A stretch of 64,000 nt of DNA, taken from assembly GCA_951406725.2 (NCBI GenBank), contig OX597820.1, positions 3,596,001 through 3,660,000 on the forward strand, written 5' to 3'. Under the pieces are notes generated by a model. It was not told the DNA's origin. It searched no databases and saw only the letters and a list, made by a program, of their open reading frames with translations. Shown here piece after piece: positions 55,080-64,000 of the stretch. Position 1 is the first letter of the stretch, and each line of letters begins with the position of its first letter. The position numbers and the translations under genes are program-made. Source of the stretch: Octopus vulgaris (taxonomy: Eukaryota).

Positions 55080-55263
55080 ACACGTGGTAAGAAGCTTGCT
55101 TCCCAACCGCATGGTACCGGGTTCAGTCCCACTGCGTGGAGCCTCGAGCAAGTGCCTTCGGGACTAACGCAGATTCGCACCTCACCTTGAAAACAGCACA
55201 CTACGGGCCGACCAAACCGTCGTGAGTGGATTCGGTAGATGGAAACTGACAGAAGTCCGTTCG

Positions 55264-55334
<71 letters not shown>

Positions 55335-55545
55335 TGTCTTTGCATTTTCCCCTACCCTCAGCTTGACAAACGGTGCTGGGGTGTTTACGTCCCTGTAGCT
55401 TAGCGGTTCGGTAAAACAGACTGCTAGAATAAGTACTAGTACTTTTTTTAAAAAATAGCACTGGGTCCGATTCATTCAACTAAACTTTTTGAAGACGATG
55501 CCCCCTGCATGGCCGCAGTCTACTGACTGAAATAAGTAAAAGATG
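55080..55545 (+). mobile_element. tRNA-derived SINE family B with long (TA)n
   Basis: Same layout as 14038-14430; (TA)n at 55266-55331. Confidence 0.72.
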
Positions 55546-56391
55546 CAAGATCCGACCATTCTACATTAGGAAAGAGACACACGGACACGTTTGTGAATGT
55601 ACTCCTTCCCTTACATAGCAAAGCATCCCGTTGGGTCATGTAGGAGGACAAGCACCGCCCCGTGGTGGTCGAGATTCTCACTTAACATCGTGAACAGGAA
55701 AAAATTATAATGAAGAGTTAAAGAACGATCACAAATGAGATTATGCAAGTAAATAGGAGTTAAAAACTCCCTCGGGGGTTTAAAATCGAAAACCAACAAG
55801 GACAATTTCAATAAAATTATTTGATTGAAATTTCCGAACTCCACTGATGACACAGGTTGGAATGGAATTTCATTCATTCAACAGAACGCTTTCTCATATA
55901 AACACTTCGTTACTTTAATCAATTAATACTGATTGCTGAATAATTAAAGCACTTTAGTAAAATTAACGACCAGGTAATTTCGCAGACAAAGAAAACGGTT
56001 AACATGCTGTTTACGACCGTACGGGTCCTACATGTGAAGTTGGTCCACTCAGAGGCTAATTTTCTTTAAATGCACTAAAAAGTCCCACCATCACCAAAAA
56101 ACGGTATGTGGTGAATGAACTCTGCCCCGGGGTCAATCCTGGTGGAAGCAAGATCACTGATCAGTGAAAGACGGAGGATCGGTAGAAAAACAAAAAGAAA
56201 AAAAAGGGCCGACAATGTTTATACAGGCTTTTTTACGTTCTGAGTTCAAATCTTATCGAGGTCAACTTTGCCTTTCATCCCTCCCGGGGTTGATAAAGTA
56301 CAGGTGCCTGAATTAAAAACGAGTAGTGATAGGCTTAATGTGTCGCCTGGTTTAAACTTACCACCTGGTCCTTAGGAATCCGAAGTGAATC

Positions 56392-56489
56392 GGCGGAGGT
56401 AAAGAATACGTACACCATCCGTTTTCGGCGTAACAAAAACCCTAACCCCTAATCCTAAACACCGGATGTGCGTATTCTTTACTTTCGCC
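56392..56489. mobile_element. Mini inverted-repeat element with telomere-like core
   Basis: GGCGGAGGTAAAGAATACG / CGTATTCTTTACTTTCGCC arms around CCCTAACCCCTAATCCTAA. Confidence 0.6.
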
Positions 56490-57189
56490 AGTTATTGCTT
56501 CTAGCTAGCACCCACGTTACATGACTTACTCCCGCAAATCTCGAAGGGCCTAAATAAAAGGGGCCATTCTTTGTCCTCAACACTGGCCAATGCATCATTT
56601 TTATTTACCCTATTTGCCAGCAGGAATGTGATTATAAAGGGATTTAGTTGCTCTTTTTAACAAATCGAGTGACTAAAGAGCTCAACAAATTGCTTTCGCT
56701 TTTATCTGTTTGGTTCCTAACCATCGTCTGATGGAACAGATCTTTGATTAGACAATCCAGACGTGACCACCACCACCGTCTTTCTTTCTTTCTTTCTTTC
56801 AGGTCGTCTTTCCCTTGAAGACGGTAGGATGTGATTCCCTCGCATACAAAGTGAACCATCACGAAAATAAAGGGCCGTAACTAAACACTGTAAAGCGGTC
56901 CTAGTTCCACAATGAAATCCCGCCTTCACCTTTCATTTTCTTTAAGGATCAATAAAATAAAGAAACAAATTCGAGGAACGATTTAAACCTTATGCTGTCC
57001 AAAGAATTTTCCTGCTCGTTTGCAAATTTTTAGCCCTTCTTGTTCTGGGTACTACAAAGCTTTCCTTTCATAAGTCCTATGTGTGTCAGATATGATGTAC
57101 AAAGCCCAAGGGAAATGGTCTTGTGTATCATGTGATATACAGGACCGGCAGGTAGTCCTACACACCTGTCTCCCTCACCTACATCCAAG

Positions 57190-57418
57190 GAGTACTACTA
57201 GCGAACGGTGGTCCCGGTGCGCGCACACGCACTAGCTAGTCGTAAGTAGTCGATCCTACAACGACTACCTAGCAAAGTAAATAAAACACAAAATAAATAA
57301 TTTTTGTTAAACAAAGTCAATAACACACAAAAACACAACGTAAGGATCGACCAGTCATGACTAGCTGGCGCGGTAGCGCGAGTACGCGCACCGGGACCAC
57401 TGTTCTCAAATAGTACCC
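57190..57418. mobile_element. CpG-rich palindromic MITE, copy 2
   Basis: Clear homolog of 54603-54822, same orientation. Confidence 0.75.
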
Positions 57419-57972
57419 ATCCAAGATTTTGTGGCCTCGTAACTTACTGAAAAAAGGATACTTTTTGATAAAATTTGCTACACTTTTCAGATGGTATAGA
57501 TTAGGATTATATCAGAATTTAATGCAAATGGTGGGCACACACACCTACTCACATAAATCGTATTTTTACGAAACTTCAAGTTTCATTTTGTATATAGGCC
57601 TATGTGATGTCAGTGTGTCCACCCTTTTGTTTTTTTGGGGGGTTTTTCATGTAAAATTCCGATATAATCGTAATCGACATCATCTGAAAGAAATTTGTAG
57701 AAAATTTTATGAAAAAATATCGATTTTTCTGAAAGTTATGAGGAAACATAGATCACTGAGGGTAGAGCGACGGGTGGAGAGTTAATATGCCTGTAAGCCA
57801 TCCGGGATGTGATTGGGATTATCAGATAAGAAGACCAGGTCGAAACCTCTGTCGCTAGTTTTATTTTCTGTTTTAAAACGTTGTTATTGTTTACGTTTAA
57901 TGAGTTTCACTAATTAACTCCCTTATTAGCTCCCTTCTTTAATAATGGAGGGACAACCGCAAAACACCGCAC

Positions 57973-58115
57973 GCACACACATACATATATATATATACAT
58001 ACACACATATATATATACACACACACTTACACACATATATATATACACACATACATATATATATACATACTTACACACACACACACATATATATATATAT
58101 ACACACACACACACA
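57973..58115. repeat. (CA)/(TA) compound microsatellite
   Basis: Direct reading. Confidence 0.9.
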
Positions 58116-59069
58116 GGCTTTCAGACGAAAATGGAATATTTCGCTTAGTTTCATACTAAAAAAAAAAATCATATTTCCCACAGTTTTTGGCAGCATCGAT
58201 GGATGAATGTAATTAGAACGATGCAAATAAATGCAACATAAAAATAATAATAATAAAGATGGGTTTAAATGTGGTGCAAACAGAAATGGACAGAAAAGGA
58301 GAAGATTGCATTAGATTCAGCAGGAATCGTTTAGATCGCTGTTTCTCTCCATCGGATGTGGAATAAACAGAAATGTAAGGAATGGAGCGTGCAACGCAGT
58401 TAATTAGAAATGCAACAGTTACAGAATTTAAAAGAGAGAAACATAAATGTCGACATTAATAAAGAAATAGATTGGAAAAAGGAAAATAAATGAAAGCACT
58501 TTGGATGATGAAGGATCGAATGAATAAACTTCCACTGACCATTTTAGTATTTGCAATCCATTTCCTAAGCTAAGAAGCTTTGCGTATGAGGCTCGGGTCA
58601 GGCTTTTTGTACACAATCGCAATGGCCCTGTGGAGAGTGAGGTCGTCCTTGAGTCTGCAGAACCAGAGTTTCGCTTCGGATTTTGGGGGAAGAAGGAAAA
58701 AAGCAGCAGAAATATTCGACGATGTTATTTGCGTAATACGCTTCTTTGATTCTTCGATGTTGTATCTTATATTAGGATATCCAGATCTTGAGGTTTACCG
58801 TCGACAGGAACCCCAAAACGACGATGCTTCCGTCGAACAACAACGATCGTGTTACCAATTCCTTCGGTTCTCTTATCTTTTTTTTTTTCTTGCAATAATA
58901 TCGATAATATTCCTTAAAAACTGTGGAAATCCTGATATTGGAAGAAACGAAACTGGCAGAAAGCTGTCATGAACTGAACACACAACAACTGTTGTTAATA
59001 GCAGCAGAATTGTTGGGTCTGGTCGGGTTTAGTCGGGAGGAGAACGGGAGAGAGCCTCGACAGCCGAGA

Positions 59070-59180
59070 AGCCTGCGCCATGACACCTTCCAACAGATTC
59101 TATTTATACATCGCAGCCAGACGGGCCTGCTTCCGGTAGCCTCGCACCGAACCACTAACGGCCGTTCTGATTGGTGGAGA
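59070..59180 (-). promoter_or_regulatory. Probable core promoter of the MBT gene
   Basis: On -: CCAAT 59174-59170, ETS CCGGAAG 59136-59130, TATAAATA 59108-59101, then ATGGCG near 59080; local CpG enrichment; candidate first donor CG|GTAAAC at 58798. Confidence 0.55.
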
Positions 59181-59266
59181 ATTTTAAGCGGGTCACGTTG
59201 TTACTTCTCATCGCCGAGCAACTCGATATTATTAACCTCCTCCGATATTTACGTCGGCTGCTTTCA

Positions 59267-60508
59267 TACACACACACACATACATGCATTCATATACGCA
59301 TACATGCATACATACGTGCACACATACTTACGTACGTACATACATACATGCATACGTACACGCATACACACATACATACACGCATACATACATACATACA
59401 TACACACATACATACAAACATACAAACATACATACATACATACAAACATACATACATGCATACATACATACACACATACATACATACATACAAACATACA
59501 CGCATACATATATACATACATACATACATTCACGTACATACATACATTCACATACATACATACATAGATGCACACACACATACATACATACATACATACA
59601 TACAAGCATACATACATACATACACACATACATACATACATACATACATAAATAACATACATACATACATGCATGCATTCATACGTACGTACATAACACA
59701 CATACACACATAAACACACACACACATACATACATACATACACACATACATACATACATACATACATACATACATAGATGCATACATACATACGTGCACA
59801 CACACATACATACATACATACACACATACATACATACATGCATGCATTCATACGTACGTACATAACACACATACACACATACATACATAAACACACACAT
59901 ACATACATACATACACATACATACGTATATATATCTTTTTACTTGTTAGTCATTGGACTGCGGCCGTGCTGGGGCAATGCCTTTAAGGGTTTTTAATCGA
60001 AACAAATCGAGCCCAGTACTTATTTTATTTTTTAGCGTAGTACTTAGTCTATCGTCTTTTTTTGTCGAACGGCTAAATTACGGGGACATAAACAAACAAA
60101 CGCCGGTGGAGGGGGGAGAACCAAGCACAAAGACATGCATATGGATATATGCACACCCATGTATGTATGTATCCAACGGGCTTCTAACCATGCACACATA
60201 ATGCATGCATACATACATACACACACACACACACATACATACATACACACATACATACATACAAACATACATACACACACACACATACATACATACATAC
60301 ACACATACATACACACATACATACATACACACACACACACATACATACATACATACACACATACATACACACACACACACACATACATACATACACACAT
60401 ACATACATACAAACATACATACACACACACACACACATACATACATACGTACACACATACATACACACACACACACACATACATACATACGTACACACAT
60501 ACATACAC
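59267..60508. repeat. Compound (CATA)/(CA) microsatellite block interrupted by a family B SINE 3' half
   Basis: Direct reading; SINE part at about 59930-60190. Confidence 0.95.
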
Positions 60509-61118
60509 GAACAATGGCATAGATACAACTTTTACTTTTTTTTGGCGCTTTTAGAATAAAAATCGAACGAGGAAGAATTATGGATTTGTCTCTGACTTTA
60601 AGACAATTTAATTTACATTTGCAACAATTAAACGATCATTTAAATAAGATTTGCTGAGATTGTTGCGTCGTGTCAACCTCAGCTGATTCCGATTTGAAAT
60701 TAAATTGGTTTTAATTTGTTACAAGTGATTCTTTAATAAATTTTATTACTTCTTTATAAAAAGTGATTGCGTGAATTAGTTATCCGAAAATATTGCATAT
60801 TAATAATTTTATTACGATTATTCAGAATAAAATAATTTTTAAAAAATTACATTATATTCTACGAGACATTCCTTAATTCCCTCCACACACACACACATAC
60901 AAAAAAAAAGCCACGAATAGTTCTTTATTTAATGAAAAACACCAGCTTCGAGCATTCAGTTTTATTTTCAGTTGGAAGTACATTAGTTATGTTTTTCTAT
61001 TTTGTGATAAAGTGTGATTTGAGGGAGGTTTAGCTGCTGTTACTAGCAAATCAAGAGACTACATGGCTAGTCCCTCCCTCTCGCTAAGTCTGTAACCATT
61101 ACGACTGTCTCATTAAGA

Positions 61119-61233
61119 GCTGCTGCTGCTGCTCTGGTTGCTGCTGCTGCTGCTGATATTGCTGCTGTTGCTGTTGCTGCTGCTGCTGATGTTGCTGCTG
61201 CTGCTGATGTTGCTGCTCTGACTGCTGCTGCTG
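61119..61233. repeat. Interrupted (CTG/CAG)n trinucleotide repeat
   Basis: Direct reading; gives a polyQ ORF on -. Confidence 0.9.
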
Positions 61234-62539
61234 TGTGGTGCTTGTTGGCGCATGCGCACTATAAACTTCTGGTGGAACCATGTAAGTTTCTCTTGGCTCT
61301 CATCTCAGACCAATTCCTTAAAGAGTTTTGCTTTATTTTCCTCCTTTAAGAACAAATATTTAATAAATAACTTAAAATTACGAAAAGAGAGAGGCGTAAA
61401 AGAAAAAAACACTTTGAAAAGCATATTCATATTTGATAAGAATGGAATTAGCCCTCATAATATTTCAATTATGAAGAATATTCCCAACTTGTGTTCTTCA
61501 GAATATTGTTGATTCTTCTCATTATCTCTGAGAACTTCTTATAACTTATAAATTGCATTAAAATTATTATTGTTATTATTTGCCATAATTAACTAAACCC
61601 GTTTTTAAAATCGATAATTGAAACCTAGATTTATTGTAATTTTTTCACCGAAAATAATAATTATTATCATAACAAAAAATAATTAAGGATGACCTCCCAG
61701 ACCTCCAATTAAATTAAATTTTGTATTCGAATTAATAATTTCTTAATTGAAGTATTGCTTAATAGATTTGGTTTTGTAGGAGCGGAGATTATGCCAGGCA
61801 AATCCGTTTTTTTGTTGAAATCGTTCATTTGTTGACATTCTTTGCATCTTTTACAAATAACAGGTTCGTTTTAAAAACAACACTGCTTATAAGTTAAATC
61901 GTCAATACTCTTATGATTTTTTATAATTTATCTGCAAGTTTAGGTGTAGGCCGACCTTCTTTCTTCAGTCCAACCCTCTGTTGTCAAATACTGAAGAAAA
62001 TTACTTGATCTAATATCCACCAAGGAGTGATCAGCCCTATTCACCGGAGTGGACCCTAGCAGCTCTTTCGACTCTATCCACAGGAAGAGATGAACTCGGC
62101 ACTGCATGTCAACGAATTAAGTTTTATAGGGTTATAGCTGCGAGTTGTTCCTATGGGACCTATTTTTAGCAAGAAGGACTGGACGTTTCTGAAGTGTCTT
62201 GTCCTTGGACACAACGCAGAGCTAACACGCTGATTTCTGATCAAGTTGCCTAGATAGCCTTATCCGCTTTTCACCTGGGCTCTGAGTCAACCTTGTTTTT
62301 ATTGAAACCCGTTCTTAATAGTTCAGATTTTTGTACATAGTGCCTAATACTAGTTATCCTTTTGAAATTGAATCTTGCTCTTGTTAATAAATGCCCCAAA
62401 CAATCTGTATTAAGTCAGTACCATCTTAAAGTATTGACACACTGGACAGTTGCCCGGAGGCCTCGGTGATGTAGGGGCCCAATTCTAGTCTTGATATACT
62501 GTGGCTCAGTGTTAAATAAACATTATAGGACTTCGTGCA

Positions 62540-62860
62540 TTGATTTTCCCAAGGGCCTAGCATGCTACTAAGACAACCCTACATTGAGAACATCATTTCT
62601 TCTCTGAAGTTATCCTAGGTGACTTCAATATTCAACACTCCTCTTAGATCTGACACTGGTACAGAACTTACTTGTTTCTGCCATTCTAAATTCTCTACAA
62701 GCAACAATTAATGTTTTCACCTATTCATAAGTGAAAATCAACCATTTCAAATGGTTGATCACTTTCTCATGACCAATTCCAGCCTTTAACTAAACCATTA
62801 CTGTCCTTGCAACTATCAGATTGTCCAACCACAGACCAACCCTAGCTACCCACCACGTAC
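62540..62860 (+). mobile_element. LINE AP-endonuclease fossil
   Basis: ILGDFNIQH motif at about 62612. Confidence 0.5.
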
Positions 62861-64000
62861 CCATGGACTTCAAGTCAGCTATTTAGTTGGTGCTCGACCA
62901 GTTTCACACTAACTACTCTCCCTGTGGAAGCAAACGTGTTTCAATGCTGACATAGCAAAGACAGCATCACCATCATGCAAGCAACATTGTTTGTTTCTAG
63001 TCTCCCATGAAAAACATGTCTGGCCATGGGGAAATATTACCTGGCTTGGGAACAGGGAGGGCATCAGGCTGTAGAAGACAACCTGGCAACCACACCTGCA
63101 TCTATGCATGCCTACATACAAACAGACAAAGGAAATGGATATAAGCTACAGTTAATGTAATAACATAATGAACTTTTTATAGGATAACACTGAATTTAAA
63201 TACTAATATGAGAAACTTTGTGTGACTGAATGAAAACATTGACAAGGTAATCTATAAAGGTAACATAAGCTAACATATGTAATATAAAGGTAACATAAGC
63301 TAACATATGTAATATATATAAAGATAATGTTAGCTAACATATGTAGTATATATGGTTAGAGCGTCGAGCTTACAATCGTGAGGTTGTGAGTTCGATTCCT
63401 GGACAGGGCTGCGTGTTATGTTCTTGAGCAAGACACTTTATTTCATGTTAACTCAGCTGTAGAAATGAGTTGTGACATCATTGGTGCCAAGCTGTATCGG
63501 CCCCTTTGCTCACAGTGGTGTGGAGAGGGGAGGCTGGTATGCATGGGTGACTGCTGGTCTTCCACAAACAACCTTGCCTGGACTTGTGTCACAGAGGGTA
63601 ACTTTCTAGGTGCAATCCCATGGTCATTCATGACTGAAGGGGGTCTCCTCCTCAATGTTAGCTAACATATGTAATATATATATAAAGGTAACGTAAGCTA
63701 ACAAATTCGTTTTTCTAAAGGATACTTAAAATCTGTGTAATGTAATGTTGGTTCCTATTTTTTTCCTGCTTTGTCGCAGAAGTCTGGTGCAGGCTCCTGC
63801 CTGACCGGCTCTTGTGAAACTGTCCCACCCATGCCAGCATAAAAGGCAGACGTTAAATGATGATGATGTACATTTTTTTTAGGGCTGATTATTGGAAATC
63901 CCAGCCAAGGAAGTTTTGTGAATTCTGTAAATGTTGGCTTACTGAAAATAAACCAGTTGAGTATAAGTTTTGGCCAATTTCGTTTTGCCATTTTGATATT

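Noticed and set aside
59171-60554. Long HTYI/MYVC ORFs
   Set aside because: Translations of (CATA)n/(CA)n microsatellite.
61099-61281. PolyQ ORF as first coding exon of the MBT gene
   Set aside because: Its only plausible donor is phase 2, incompatible with the phase-0 acceptors downstream, and it lies upstream of the likely promoter.
63250-63702. Long target-site duplication around a SINE
   Set aside because: The flanks belong to a roughly 30-bp tandem repeat, so a TSD cannot be distinguished.

Overview
Eukaryotic, AT-rich, repeat-dense animal DNA; the repeat families suggest an octopus/coleoid cephalopod (inference). Two convergent genes. (1) The last three coding exons of GTPBP8 (EngB/YihA-family GTPase) on + (1..3806). 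(2) An MBTD1/L3MBTL2/Sfmbt-type Polycomb gene on - (FCS zinc finger + four MBT repeats), assembled by hand as 19 phase-consistent GT-AG coding exons (50991->10293) plus an uncertain ATG exon (51951..51757); about 783 aa if that exon is real. A likely TATA/ETS/CCAAT promoter lies near 59100. Introns are filled with tRNA-derived SINEs, (GAT)n-tailed retroelement 3' ends, MITEs, a mariner derivative, a Helitron, LINE fossils and microsatellites. Best leads: a tRNA-headed SINE whose consensus holds a minimal hammerhead ribozyme and which always has an inverted partial copy at its 5' end, as Penelope-like elements do; an out-of-frame fossil SAM-domain half in the terminal exon of the MBT gene; and a U6 snRNA fused to a retroelement tail. 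Most ORFs in the supplied track are spurious. All calls were made by eye; repeat boundaries are approximate.
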